Shown: positions 1 to 9,533, counted from the first letter of the whole stretch. The stretch: 62,912 nt of DNA, filler included, from an uncultured Ignavibacteriales bacterium (GCA_964611355.1; 3 parts of 3 records of this genome joined end to end with filler, not necessarily neighbours in it); one strand, 5' to 3'. The notes: a model not told the origin generated them from the letters alone. Made by a program: numbers and translations.

Positions 1-827
1 TGCAACAAGCCGGACAAAGCGTCAGCATATTCGCCGTAGCGTCCCGCCTCGAAAAAGCCTTTCTTCAGCCTTTCAAAAACCAGATGACCCATTCCCGGTT
101 TCAGCGAAATCACCTTGTTCCAGTACCCAAGGGCATCTTCGAGACGGCCTTCGTCATAATAACTGTCTCCAATGGCGATATAAGCGGCCAGACACAGCTT
201 ATCGTAATGAATCGCTTCTTTGAAGAACAGCCGGGCTCGGTGCCTGTCTCCCTGTTTAATTAAGTCTTCACCCTCGAAGACTTTATAAAGAGCCAGCGTC
301 ATCCCGGAATCATGACCGTCCAGTTTGTCCAGCTTCCGCCGTACCGAGGCAGCATCGCTCCATTCGTTCGATTTCTCGTGATAACGCAAAAGTATCTTCA
401 GCGCAAAGCGGTCATCGGGTTTGAATTCAAGGATTTCACGAATCGCTTTAACGGCCGAGGGATTATCATCAAGCTCCAAGAAATCGAAGTATAAAGCCCT
501 CAGGATTTCCATTTTTTCGCTATCGGCGAGGTTATGGCGGAATGTCAAATCACGGTGTACTTGCAGGGCCTGTTCCGGCTTCTTCCTGAGACGAAAAATA
601 CTGCCCAGACGTATGTAGGCATCCACGTTGTTGGTATCATTGTTGACGGTTTCCTTGAGTTTTACAAAGGCCTGTTCATATTGCTTCTGTAATAATGCCC
701 TAAGACCTTCGATATATAAACTTTGATCCGGCTGCGGGGACGATCTCTGGCCGCGACGCAGGACAAATATTACTACCCCTGCAAGAGCGAGGAATAATAA
801 GACAATGATTATGACCGTCAACGTCAT
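1..827 (-). CDS. lapB: LapB-like TPR protein (LPS assembly protein B family), 3' end runs off the window
   Basis: Not in the ORF track. Read manually from the ATG at 827, which overlaps the lapA stop (ATGA): MTLTVIIIVLLFLALAGVVIFVLRRG...LYIEGLRALL...DAYIRLGSIFR...ALQVHRDL. This gives an N-terminal TM anchor followed by TPRs, directly downstream of the lapA-like gene. Confidence 0.75.
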   Translation of the reverse strand, partial: MTLTVIIIVLLFLALAGVVIFVLRRGQRSSPQPDQSLYIEGLRALLQKQYEQAFVKLKETVNNDTNNVDAYIRLGSIFRLRKKPEQALQVHRDLTFRHNLADSEKMEILRALYFDFLELDDNPSAVKAIREILEFKPDDRFALKILLRYHEKSNEWSDAASVRRKLDKLDGHDSGMTLALYKVFEGEDLIKQGDRHRARLFFKEAIHYDKLCLAAYIAIGDSYYDEGRLEDALGYWNKVISLKPGMGHLVFERLKKGFFEAGRYGEYADALSGLL

Positions 828-1156
828 TTTTTTTCTTCCTTGCCCGCTTGAAGAAACTTTTCGTCTGATTCCTGGATGGGCCGGTTACGCAGAGCAACTA
901 TTTCGCTTTGCAAGGCCTCGGCAGTGCGCTTATGCCGGCGAATTTCGCTGGACTGCTTAAGATAAATGGTGGCAAAAAGAGCAAACGAAACCAAAAGCCC
1001 AAAAACAAAAGCCCAGTAGGCGACAAAAATCAAGGGCACGTTGATATAGCGGGTATTCAGAATATTGACCGTTACCCGTTCTTCCGCATTATAAACCGAA
1101 AACCCGAGTAAAATCATAATCAAAATGATTACCAGAAGCGCCCTGATTATCCACAT
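824..1156 (-). CDS. lapA: LapA-family small membrane protein
   Basis: Two hydrophobic segments around N..V.VN and a C-terminal coiled coil (LQSEIVALRNRP); AAGGAGG SD; upstream of a lapB-like gene. Confidence 0.75.
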   Translation of the reverse strand: MWIIRALLVIILIMILLGFSVYNAEERVTVNILNTRYINVPLIFVAYWAFVFGLLVSFALFATIYLKQSSEIRRHKRTAEALQSEIVALRNRPIQESDEKFLQAGKEEKK

Positions 1157-1231
1157 ATATCCTCCTTGATAGAGGCGACATCAACCAGAAACAGTATATA
1201 ACAAATAAGGGCTTGGCCGTCAATATAAAAG

Positions 1232-1261
1232 CACCCGCCCCGGCATAAGCCGGGGCGGGTG
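1232..1261 (-). terminator. Intrinsic terminator downstream of the methyltransferase
   Basis: Perfect 13-bp stem CACCCGCCCCGGC-ataa-GCCGGGGCGGGTG, followed on the minus strand by CTTTTAT. Confidence 0.8.
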
Positions 1262-1295
1262 AAATATTTTACTATGTTATTAGCTTTTTAATTCA

Positions 1296-1868
1296 TCAGC
1301 GCTTCTTAAAACAGTAATACCAAAACAATCCCATTATAACAGGTTTTCGATCTGTTAAGTTTTCAAAAGACATTAACCCATAAAGGCTTGTCTCACTAAA
1401 ACAAGCGTGGCTTTTTAAGTGGTCCGGCAATAATGCTGAAAAACATCTTAACAATAACCACATACTACCATTGGGAATAATCACATGAATTTCACCACTA
1501 TAACGTAACACTCTATGGCATTCTTTAACCAACTTTCTCTTTGAATTTACATGCTCCAGGACATGAAATAAACAAATAGTATCAAAAGATTTGTCTTTGT
1601 GGGGTATATCTTCCCCCGAATAAATATCGACCTTTACACCAAATATATTTTGATCTATTATATCTAAAGAGCGGAATGAGTTTGAAGCATCCCCAAATCG
1701 CTTTTCCATGTAACCGGCGCCACAACCTACGTCTAAAACGTCCTTCCCCGTAAATTTTGCCTCAATAGTATCCAAAAACATTACCATCCTTTTGGCAACA
1801 AAACGATTTAACCAGTTTTTTTGACTATTTATATATTTTTGGCCTATTGCTAACATTTTATCTTCCAT
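1296..1868 (-). CDS. Class I SAM-dependent methyltransferase (AT-rich gene)
   Basis: Motifs VLDVGCGAG, SFDTICLFHVLEHV and ECHRVLR. Confidence 0.85.
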   Translation of the reverse strand: MEDKMLAIGQKYINSQKNWLNRFVAKRMVMFLDTIEAKFTGKDVLDVGCGAGYMEKRFGDASNSFRSLDIIDQNIFGVKVDIYSGEDIPHKDKSFDTICLFHVLEHVNSKRKLVKECHRVLRYSGEIHVIIPNGSMWLLLRCFSALLPDHLKSHACFSETSLYGLMSFENLTDRKPVIMGLFWYYCFKKR

Positions 1869-1898
1869 CCTTTTATCTTGATTGTATGGGATATCAGC

Positions 1899-2555
1899 CT
1901 ATTCGAACTTCAAACCGGGAATCAGTCTCTTGTAAAAAAGGTCCAAATTTAGTGTATTATAATACCATTCATATATCGTATAAATGATAAAAATCCTGCC
2001 GTCCCTGACGGTGAAGAACATGGCTCCTCCCTTAAAATCGGTAACCACATCCGCCTTGTCCGAACCTTCCTGCGGGATTTCAATGGTATACTGCTGGCGG
2101 GCCTCAAGTTGAATCGATTTGGCGCCAGCCACGGTAATCTCTCTCCGTTTCATTATCTCGTGCGATCTGGAAATCAACTTCATCTTTCTCATGAAATACT
2201 TCTTTTGGTCTGACTTGAATTTGTCATTAAGCAGGCTATCGACAAATTCGCCGACTTTCAGCGAAGTAGTATCCGCAATAACTATTACGGTGGGAATCTG
2301 AGCGTAATCTTCTTTTACTCCGCCCTGGAACTGCTGCGGAACGGCATATGATTTCTGAGTTAAAACAATACGATCGGGTTTTTTTGATTTTGAAATCTTC
2401 GCGGACCAACCGGGTGGTATCTTAAATGAGAACTTATAATCGTGATCGGTATAAACATCGTCTTTCACTTCCCCGGCCTTTTTCGCCATAGCCGGAGCGG
2501 ATATGACGAAAATAGCAAGGACTATGGCCAGCGCAATATATAAACTTTTCTTCAT
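1899..2555 (-). CDS. Secreted hypothetical protein (possibly PsbP/DcrB-like fold)
   Basis: Signal peptide ending APAMA; YTDHDYKFSFKIPPGW resembles the PsbP-like N-terminus; AGGAGG SD. Confidence 0.65.
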   Translation of the reverse strand: MKKSLYIALAIVLAIFVISAPAMAKKAGEVKDDVYTDHDYKFSFKIPPGWSAKISKSKKPDRIVLTQKSYAVPQQFQGGVKEDYAQIPTVIVIADTTSLKVGEFVDSLLNDKFKSDQKKYFMRKMKLISRSHEIMKRREITVAGAKSIQLEARQQYTIEIPQEGSDKADVVTDFKGGAMFFTVRDGRIFIIYTIYEWYYNTLNLDLFYKRLIPGLKFE

Positions 2556-2663
2556 GATATACCTCCTGCGGCTTTATATCAATAATCAAGAAATTGCCCG
2601 CAATTGTCAAGCCTTTAATTGCGCCTTAGTCAATTGGGTTGTGTCCGGAAAGATTTGAAGTAT

Positions 2664-3386
2664 TTACAGATTTCGCGAATGTTTGCGCCCCAGGCGGAAA
2701 CGAGCCCGGGATGTAACAAGTTTGTTTCGACGAAGAATTTTGAACACCTTCCACCAGCCGAATTTGAAGTTGGGGGCGACTTCGGAGGCGCGTTGAGCCA
2801 GTTCGGAGATGGTACTGAAGGGATCTTCAATTACCAGCCCAATTACAACATCCCGGCTGGTTTTCGGGGACTGCTGAGTTCCTTGAGAGGTGATCCCAGA
2901 AGCCGTTCCCGGCCCGCCTTTTCTGCCAGGCGACATAGCCGACTGGATCATAATCCCGGCTTCCGGGACGATTTTTTCTTCAGCCTTCCAGACTTTGTCG
3001 CCCCCGCCATGCCCGGAAGTCGGCAGGTTATACGACTTTTTACCCTGTTCCAAGGTTTCGTAAGCAGGGATAATATTCTCGAATTCCAATAGCTCGTAGA
3101 TTTCATACACGTTCGGAATCATGTTGACTAGTTTGATATCGCCGTCATGTTCACGTATCTCCTGGATACGGGAAATGAAAATACCCCAGCCGGCTGACGA
3201 TATATATTCTACGCCGCCCAAATCTACCAGTATCTTATATCGATCCTGATTTATTAGTTTCTCAAGGACATTTTCCATTTCGGAAGCGGTAATGGTATCA
3301 ACCACGCCGTCAACGCGGACAATCGACAATTCTCCGGACGGGCCGGATTGTGACAATGATAGCTTTATTTCATCCATAGCCGGCAT
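2664..3386 (-). CDS. STAS-domain anti-sigma factor antagonist with a C-terminal extension
   Basis: Motifs GVVDTITA and VDLGGVEYISSAGWG (phospho-Ser motif), then a low-complexity linker and a basic helical C-terminal domain. Confidence 0.85.
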   Translation of the reverse strand: MPAMDEIKLSLSQSGPSGELSIVRVDGVVDTITASEMENVLEKLINQDRYKILVDLGGVEYISSAGWGIFISRIQEIREHDGDIKLVNMIPNVYEIYELLEFENIIPAYETLEQGKKSYNLPTSGHGGGDKVWKAEEKIVPEAGIMIQSAMSPGRKGGPGTASGITSQGTQQSPKTSRDVVIGLVIEDPFSTISELAQRASEVAPNFKFGWWKVFKILRRNKLVTSRARFRLGRKHSRNL

Positions 3387-3532
3387 TAACCAAACTCACT
3401 TATATTAAGAAATCGCCATATTCTGCCGGGAACTTAACAGCTATATAAGTATTGCCCATACAATACCGATATGCAACTGATTTTTCAGGTCGTTTACCAT
3501 GGAAGTATGATGGGTTGTGAAATATCAGGAGA

Positions 3533-4882
3533 TTATTCCTCCGGCTGAAGATTATAATCTTTGATTTTCTGCCTGAGCGTATTGCGATGAATTCCGAGGA
3601 TATCGGCCGATTTCCGCATGTTCCAGTTTTCGGATTTCAGGATCGCCTCGATATGGGCTTTCTCTATTTCGGCCAGAGGAATTTTCTTCAGGGCCGGTTT
3701 TTTGGTTTTTTCGGCCATTTCGGCAAAACCGGGCAGGTCATCGAGATCAATAACCGAATTTACCGAAAGAACAACCGCTCGTTCAATCACATTTTGCAGT
3801 TCACGAATGTTGCCCGGCCAACCGTAGGTGGTCAGTTTCAAGGCTGCCGTTTCCGAAATTCCTTTGATCGGCTTGTTTATTTTTTGAGCAAATCCGGAAA
3901 GGAAATGGCGAGCCAGCAGGAGAATATCACCTCCCCGGTCGGCCAGAGCCGGCATATCAATTTTTACTGTATTAATGCGAAAGTAAAGGTCGTTCCGGAA
4001 TTTCCCGTCAGTAATAAGCCGGTCGATATCCCGATTGGTGGCTGATATTACCCGGACATCGACTTTTTTAGAACTGGTTGATCCCAGCGGTTCCAGGCTG
4101 CCATCCTCCAGGACACGAAGCAGCTTGGCCTGCATGACCGGCGACATATCGCCTATTTCATCAAGAAAGATGGTGCCGTTGTCAGCCAGTTCGAACCTGC
4201 CGACTCGCTTTTTATCCGCTCCGGTGAAAGCGCCTTTTTCGTGGCCGAACAGCTCCGATTCGAGAAGCGTTTCCGGAAGCGAGGCGCAGTTAAGCGGCAC
4301 AAATCTCTGGTCACGGCGCGGCGACAGTTGATGGATCAGTTTGGCCACCAGCCCTTTACCGGAGCCTGAAGGGCCTGTCAGAAGAACCGAGGAATCTGAC
4401 GGTCCCACCCGTGAAATAAGAGACCGAACCCTCAGTATCACCTCCGAGTCGCCTAGCATTTCGGGCATCTCTTCAAGATCATCGACTGTCCGCCGGAGCA
4501 GGTCATTATCTATAATAAGCCGGTTCTGGTCAGCGGCTTTATTGAGATTAACGAGCAGTTCGTCAAGATTAACCGGCTTGGTTAAATAACCATAAGCTCC
4601 CCTTTGCATCGCCTTAACAGCCGTTTCGACCGTGCCAAAGGCGGTCAGCATAATAACCTGAATAAACGGGTTCAAATCGCGCAGTCTGGTTAGCAGTTCC
4701 AGTCCGTCCATATCCGGCATTTTCATATCCACGACCGCCAGAGGAGCGAAAAAACTGCCATATATGGCCAAAGCATCGGTCCCGCCGGAAGCGGTCTCTG
4801 CTTGAAACCCTTTTTTCTTCAGAAACCCGGCCAGCATTTCGCGCTGGGCTTCCTCGTCATCGACAATCAGAATCTTATTCAC
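3533..4882 (-). CDS. Sigma54-dependent response regulator (NtrC/AtoC family: REC-AAA+-Fis HTH)
   Basis: ILIVDDE receiver, GPSGSGK Walker A, GAFTGA, FLDEIG, WPGNIREL and a C-terminal HTH. Confidence 0.95.
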   Translation of the reverse strand: MNKILIVDDEEAQREMLAGFLKKKGFQAETASGGTDALAIYGSFFAPLAVVDMKMPDMDGLELLTRLRDLNPFIQVIMLTAFGTVETAVKAMQRGAYGYLTKPVNLDELLVNLNKAADQNRLIIDNDLLRRTVDDLEEMPEMLGDSEVILRVRSLISRVGPSDSSVLLTGPSGSGKGLVAKLIHQLSPRRDQRFVPLNCASLPETLLESELFGHEKGAFTGADKKRVGRFELADNGTIFLDEIGDMSPVMQAKLLRVLEDGSLEPLGSTSSKKVDVRVISATNRDIDRLITDGKFRNDLYFRINTVKIDMPALADRGGDILLLARHFLSGFAQKINKPIKGISETAALKLTTYGWPGNIRELQNVIERAVVLSVNSVIDLDDLPGFAEMAEKTKKPALKKIPLAEIEKAHIEAILKSENWNMRKSADILGIHRNTLRQKIKDYNLQPEE

Positions 4883-4903
4883 AATAATATATTATATGAA
4901 AAA

Positions 4904-4928
4904 GCCTTTCCCCGGAATAAGGAAAGGC
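4904..4928 (-). terminator. Intrinsic terminator after the outer-membrane protein gene
   Basis: GCCTTTCC/GGAAAGGC stem with a T run on the minus strand. Confidence 0.6.
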
Positions 4929-4952
4929 CTTTTGTTTTTATTTCAGCAAAGT

Positions 4953-5618
4953 CTATTCTTTCGGTCCGATGTTAAACAAAACACCGGCTTTGAACAGAAT
5001 AAAATTATTATTATCGCCCCAGACATAATCAGTACTCTCAAAATCGCCGGTAACATCATTCATAAAATCAAAGTGATAGGCCGCCTCAATATAAATACCG
5101 CCATAGCTATTGGTTCTCCACTGCAGGCCAAGGTTCGCTTCAGTACCCAATGTGGGACTATATGATAATTCCCGATAAACCGGCTGGCCGTCGTCTAATA
5201 CCCTGGTAGCCAGTTTGCTGAAGTTTAACCCTGCCGAAAGCTTGATATACGGCGACAGGGAAACTTCGGACAAATCCCTGAACAGGTATTTACCGTAAGC
5301 GCCGAATTCAAAAACCCTGTGCTTGAGAGGTAAATCTTTTACACCCATATTACGGACATTAAAATAAACGCCGGCGATCATCTTGTTGCTTAGGTAATAA
5401 CCGGCCCCGATATCAAATCCCAAACCGGCCTTGGCGTTCAGGCTGTCGGGATCAAGATCGTTCTTGATATATCCGATCGGCACGGCCAAATTACCGCCGA
5501 CGAACGCCTCAATGAACGGTTCCTCCTCGTACTGCGCGTACGCCGGTGAGGAAAGAAGAAACAGCGATGCTATGATCACAGACTGAATAAGACATTTCGT
5601 AGTCATGGTCTTAATCAT
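4953..5618 (-). CDS. Outer-membrane beta-barrel protein
   Basis: Signal peptide (PAYA), amphipathic beta-strands and a C-terminal FKAGVLFNIG signature. Start moved to the SD-preceded ATG at 5618. Confidence 0.75.
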   Translation of the reverse strand: MIKTMTTKCLIQSVIIASLFLLSSPAYAQYEEEPFIEAFVGGNLAVPIGYIKNDLDPDSLNAKAGLGFDIGAGYYLSNKMIAGVYFNVRNMGVKDLPLKHRVFEFGAYGKYLFRDLSEVSLSPYIKLSAGLNFSKLATRVLDDGQPVYRELSYSPTLGTEANLGLQWRTNSYGGIYIEAAYHFDFMNDVTGDFESTDYVWGDNNNFILFKAGVLFNIGPKE

Positions 5619-5768
5619 ACCTTTCCCTGCTTGGCAGCCGGACTTAATCCAACCGGCCCGTTTGAATTTTCCCAAAAATGCGGATTTGACGCATATTTGT
5701 CAATAGAAATAAATCTTCTTTACTGTCCACGGCGTATCCGTTCAATCGACTCATGAGCGCCCCGTATA

Positions 5769-7844
5769 TTATGACTCATGTCTGGAAGCCTGATACGCCT
5801 CCTGCAACTTCCCGGCGACATCGTGAGTAACTTCCTCATAGTGAGAAAACTCACGGGTATAAACTCCCTGCCCCTGAGTCAGCGAACGCAGGTCAACGGA
5901 GTATTTATAAAGCTCCGCCTGCGGGACGCTGCCTCTGACCCGCTGCATCCTGCCCACCGGTTCCATGCCAATGATCTTGCCCCGCCGGGCCGAAATATCG
6001 CCCATAACATCACCGGTGAAATCATCCGGAACCAAAACGGTTATATTGCAAATGGGCTCCAGAATGACCGGTTTCGATTTCATATAACCGTCCTTAAAGC
6101 CCATCGAAGCGGCGACCTTAAAGGCCATATCGGAAGAATCAACGGCGTGGAAGGAACCAAAATAGACCGTAACCCTGATGTCCACCACCTGCGCCCCGCA
6201 CAGGCTGCCTTCCCGCATCGCCTCGACGACGCCTTTTTCCACCGATGGAATGAACTTGATCGGGATAACCCCACCCTTAACTTCATTGGCAAATTCAAAA
6301 CCGGCGCCTCTTTCAAGCGGCTCAAGGCGGAGCCAACAATCACCGTACTGGCCGCGACCGCCGGTCTGCTTTTTGTATTTCCCCTGGACTTCGGCCTTAC
6401 TTTTAATCGTTTCGCGATAAGGAATGCGAGGCCGATCAAGGTCAACCTCGACTCCGAATCGGCTCTTCAGCTTTTCCACCAGAAGATCTACCTGGGTAGG
6501 ACCCTGCCCGAACAGAATGGTTTGTCTCAAGGCGGGATCCTGGACCACCTTGAAAGTCGGGTCCGATTCGTTGAACTTGCTAAGAGCCAGACTTATCTTT
6601 TCATCGTCCCCTTTGGCCTTTGGGCGTATAGCCATATCCATAACCGGTTCCGGATAATCGGGAATCGGAAGTTCGACCTGTCGTCTCTTATCGCAGAGAG
6701 TATTGCCGGTATGGGTATTTTTCAACTTTACCAGGGCTACAATATCACCGGCCTGGGCGGAATCGACTTCCCTGCGGTCTTTCCCGAAAATTTCATATAT
6801 CTGCCCAATTCTTTCCGAGCCTTTCTGAACATTGGTCATATCCAGACCGGACTTGATCCGGCCGGCAAATACCTTGATGAGGTTCAAGTCACCGACATGC
6901 TGCTCGGAAACGCTCTTGAATACATAAGCCGCTGCGGGGTCATCAGATGAACAGGACATTTCAACCACTTCTTCAGTTCCCGATTTCTTGGCCTTAACCA
7001 GTGGAACGTCGGCCGGTGATGGCAGATAATCAATTATAAAGTCAAGCAGCGAGGAAGCACCGATATTGAGAGTGGCGGCAACCGGCAGGACCGGGTAAAT
7101 CGCGGTGGCGGCAATCCCTTTTTTCAGACCGTCCCGCATTTCATTCTCGGTCAGGGCGCCTTTATCGAAGAATTTCTCCAGAAGCCCATCGTCCGATTCG
7201 GCTATCGTTTCCATGAGCTTCTCACGGCTCGACTCTGCCTCACTCTTTATATCATCAGGTATATCGCCGAGCGTTTGTTTTCCATTGGCATCAAAAGTAA
7301 TCGCTTTCATTCGGATCAGATCAACGACACCTTTAAAACCATTCGCCTTTCCAATCGGCAGGCCGGCCACTACTACTTTGTTGCCAAAAGCCTCCTGCAG
7401 GGCGGCGACGTTTGAAGAAAAATCGGTATTATCTTTATCAAGACGATTGACAATAAATATGGCCGGTTTTTCGGCCTTTTCCACATAATCGAATACCTGG
7501 AGCGTACCGACTTCCACTCCGCTTCCGGCGTCGATTACCACGCCGGCCGTATCCACCACCGCCAGCCCGGACAGGACTTCTCCGACAAAATCCATATGCC
7601 CCGGCATGTCGATAATATTGACCTTGTGGTCTTTCCAGGAAAAACTCAAAAGGGACAGGTTCAGAGATGACTGGCGCGCTTTTTCCTCTTCAGTGTAGTC
7701 GGAAATGGTCGTCCCGTCTCCAATGCTGCCGAGTCTGTTGGTAACGCCGGCCGAATAAACCATGGCCTCGGCCAGCGTGGTTTTTCCTGCTCCCCGCTGT
7801 CCGATTAGTCCGAAATTGCGTATCATGTTAGTCGTCGTAGCCAT
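5769..7844 (-). CDS. fusA: Elongation factor G, divergent paralog (EF-G II-like)
   Basis: GQRGAGKTT P-loop, DMPGHMDF, NRLD, KKQTGGRGQYG and HAVDSS. It stands alone, outside an str operon, and lacks the canonical AHIDAGKTT and ERGITI motifs. Confidence 0.9.
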   Translation of the reverse strand: MATTTNMIRNFGLIGQRGAGKTTLAEAMVYSAGVTNRLGSIGDGTTISDYTEEEKARQSSLNLSLLSFSWKDHKVNIIDMPGHMDFVGEVLSGLAVVDTAGVVIDAGSGVEVGTLQVFDYVEKAEKPAIFIVNRLDKDNTDFSSNVAALQEAFGNKVVVAGLPIGKANGFKGVVDLIRMKAITFDANGKQTLGDIPDDIKSEAESSREKLMETIAESDDGLLEKFFDKGALTENEMRDGLKKGIAATAIYPVLPVAATLNIGASSLLDFIIDYLPSPADVPLVKAKKSGTEEVVEMSCSSDDPAAAYVFKSVSEQHVGDLNLIKVFAGRIKSGLDMTNVQKGSERIGQIYEIFGKDRREVDSAQAGDIVALVKLKNTHTGNTLCDKRRQVELPIPDYPEPVMDMAIRPKAKGDDEKISLALSKFNESDPTFKVVQDPALRQTILFGQGPTQVDLLVEKLKSRFGVEVDLDRPRIPYRETIKSKAEVQGKYKKQTGGRGQYGDCWLRLEPLERGAGFEFANEVKGGVIPIKFIPSVEKGVVEAMREGSLCGAQVVDIRVTVYFGSFHAVDSSDMAFKVAASMGFKDGYMKSKPVILEPICNITVLVPDDFTGDVMGDISARRGKIIGMEPVGRMQRVRGSVPQAELYKYSVDLRSLTQGQGVYTREFSHYEEVTHDVAGKLQEAYQASRHES

Positions 7845-7895
7845 CTTGGAAGGATCCTCCTGCGCCATCGCGATTCCAAATTAATATAAACCTCA

Positions 7896-7924
7896 ATTCT
7901 AACAATAATATCGCCGCTTGTCAA
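7896..7924 (-). promoter_or_regulatory. Sigma70-type promoter of the EF-G gene
   Basis: TTGACA-17 nt-TAGAAT on the minus strand. Confidence 0.7.
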
Positions 7925-8084
7925 ACTCTTTTGCCGAGGGCAGGGGGATATCGACATAGATATCAGACGATTCGCAGGCCGGGGATGCGCAACGACATTT
8001 CATAAAATTATTGCCAAAATCTATAAAAAACGTATATTATTAATGTCCCTGTGTTTAAAAGCTTTTGCCGAGGAGGTTATATTC

Positions 8085-9284
8085 GTGAAAAATTTAATGA
8101 CATACTTGTTTTTTGCTGCATTAAGCATTGTCCTCGGATCAGCCGGTATCGCCGCAGCCGCCGACATAGTGGAAGTCCGCATTCAATCTCCCGAGGGAAA
8201 ACTTATGGCCGGAGTACCGGCCGAGTTTCAAATCTTCATAGAAAACGATGACACGCTGGGAGCCATGGCTACCAATTTTATAATCTATTCTTCCGATGGC
8301 GGAACCTGGACCTGGGACGCTCAGCCGGACGGATGGGGATATGATGGAGAAAGCACAACCGGTATCGGCCTTGGAAATGCCGCCGTTACTATTGTTCCCG
8401 GAAGTCGCCTTGATTTAACATGGGAATCGGAATGGGATAAACTTATCATAAGAGAACCCAGCACAAATGGCATCTCTCCGGATACTTTCGTCGTCCACGC
8501 GCTCTGTGCGGTTGAACGAATGATGCCCGGACCGTTACAGCATATGTTTTCGCTCCATTTTACCCCGGTCAATGAGGCAACCACTATCTGCATTGACTCC
8601 TGCTTTTTCCCTCCCTATGGTGAATTTATATTCTCGGATATAAACGCGACCACAATCTATCCTTTTTTCGAAGGTCCTTTATGTTTCACCGTATACGCCT
8701 GTGAAACCGATAACGATGGCGACGGCATTTGCGATTATATCGACAACTGCCCCGGTCTGTACAACCCGGCTCAGAACGATCCCGACGAAGACGGTCTCGG
8801 CAGTCTTTGCGACAACTGTCCTTCGATGGCCAATCCAAACCAGGAAGATTTCGACGGCGACGAAGTCGGCGACGTGTGTGACAATTGCCCGGAGATTTCC
8901 AACTCCGGTCAGTTGGATGGCGACCAGGATGGAATCGGCGACCTGTGTGATAATTGCGTTGATATAAACAATCCGGATCAGATCGATGGCGATGAAGACG
9001 GCGTCGGCGACTTATGCGATAATTGCCCCGGAAAAGCCAATCCCGATCAACTGGACGGTGACCAGGACAGCGTTGGCGATTTATGCGACAACTGTCCTTC
9101 GGTACCCAACCCCGGTCAGGAGGATTCAAACGGTAACGACATTGGTGACGCCTGCGAGGGCATACCCGTCGGAAACGGCGATGTAAATTGCGACGGCGGC
9201 ATCAACCTTGGCGACACGGTTTATCTGATCAATTTCATCTTCAATAATGGACCACCGCCCTGCGAATTTCCTCCACCCAAATAA
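8085..9284 (+). CDS. Secreted protein with a beta-sandwich domain, thrombospondin type-3 Ca-binding repeats and a C-terminal dockerin-like domain
   Basis: GAGGAGG SD before GTG 8085; signal peptide; repeated DxDxDGxGDxCDNCPxxxNPxQ units; GDVNCDGGINLGDTVYLINFIF dockerin motif. Confidence 0.85.
   Translation: MKNLMTYLFFAALSIVLGSAGIAAAADIVEVRIQSPEGKLMAGVPAEFQIFIENDDTLGAMATNFIIYSSDGGTWTWDAQPDGWGYDGESTTGIGLGNAAVTIVPGSRLDLTWESEWDKLIIREPSTNGISPDTFVVHALCAVERMMPGPLQHMFSLHFTPVNEATTICIDSCFFPPYGEFIFSDINATTIYPFFEGPLCFTVYACETDNDGDGICDYIDNCPGLYNPAQNDPDEDGLGSLCDNCPSMANPNQEDFDGDEVGDVCDNCPEISNSGQLDGDQDGIGDLCDNCVDINNPDQIDGDEDGVGDLCDNCPGKANPDQLDGDQDSVGDLCDNCPSVPNPGQEDSNGNDIGDACEGIPVGNGDVNCDGGINLGDTVYLINFIFNNGPPPCEFPPPK
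8709..9155 (+). repeat. About 6.5 tandem 69-bp (23-aa) TSP3 coding repeats
   Basis: The unit D.DGD..GD.CDNCP...NP.Q repeats in frame. Confidence 0.85.
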
Positions 9285-9319
9285 GAAGGTCCTAAGAAGT
9301 TTACATACAACATCCAACC

Positions 9320-9348
9320 CCCCGAAAGCCAAAAACATGCTTTCGGGG
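9320..9348 (+). terminator. Hairpin, likely terminator after the TSP3/dockerin gene
   Basis: CCCCGAAAGC-9 nt-GCTTTCGGGG, extendable with TCCAA/TTGGA. Confidence 0.55.
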
Positions 9349-9533
9349 TCGTTTGGATTATTGGTATTAAACAGGTCTGGAGGCAGTCGCAAGTTCGCGT
9401 CCTATGTTACGTCTATATATGAGATTTAAGCCTTATCGAATCGAGGAAAAATAAAAGACAATATTCAGGTTATTTCGGCCATGCAGGGCTTTTTGAACTA
9501 TTCCGGATAAACCCGGGTCGAGCGAAAATTAAA

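Noticed and set aside
3449..3466. GTATTG-N6-CAATAC palindrome upstream of the STAS gene
   Set aside because: It is a single short palindrome with no second clear copy or assignable regulator.
5778..6950. 390-aa plus-strand ORF, and similar long antisense ORFs over infB, the M16 peptidase, nfnB, korC/ndk, sucD and arcC/arcE
   Set aside because: They lie opposite well-supported genes and are explained by codon bias.
8709..9155. Regularly spaced repeats as a possible CRISPR array
   Set aside because: They are degenerate in-frame coding repeats (TSP3) with no constant repeat plus unique spacers and no cas genes.
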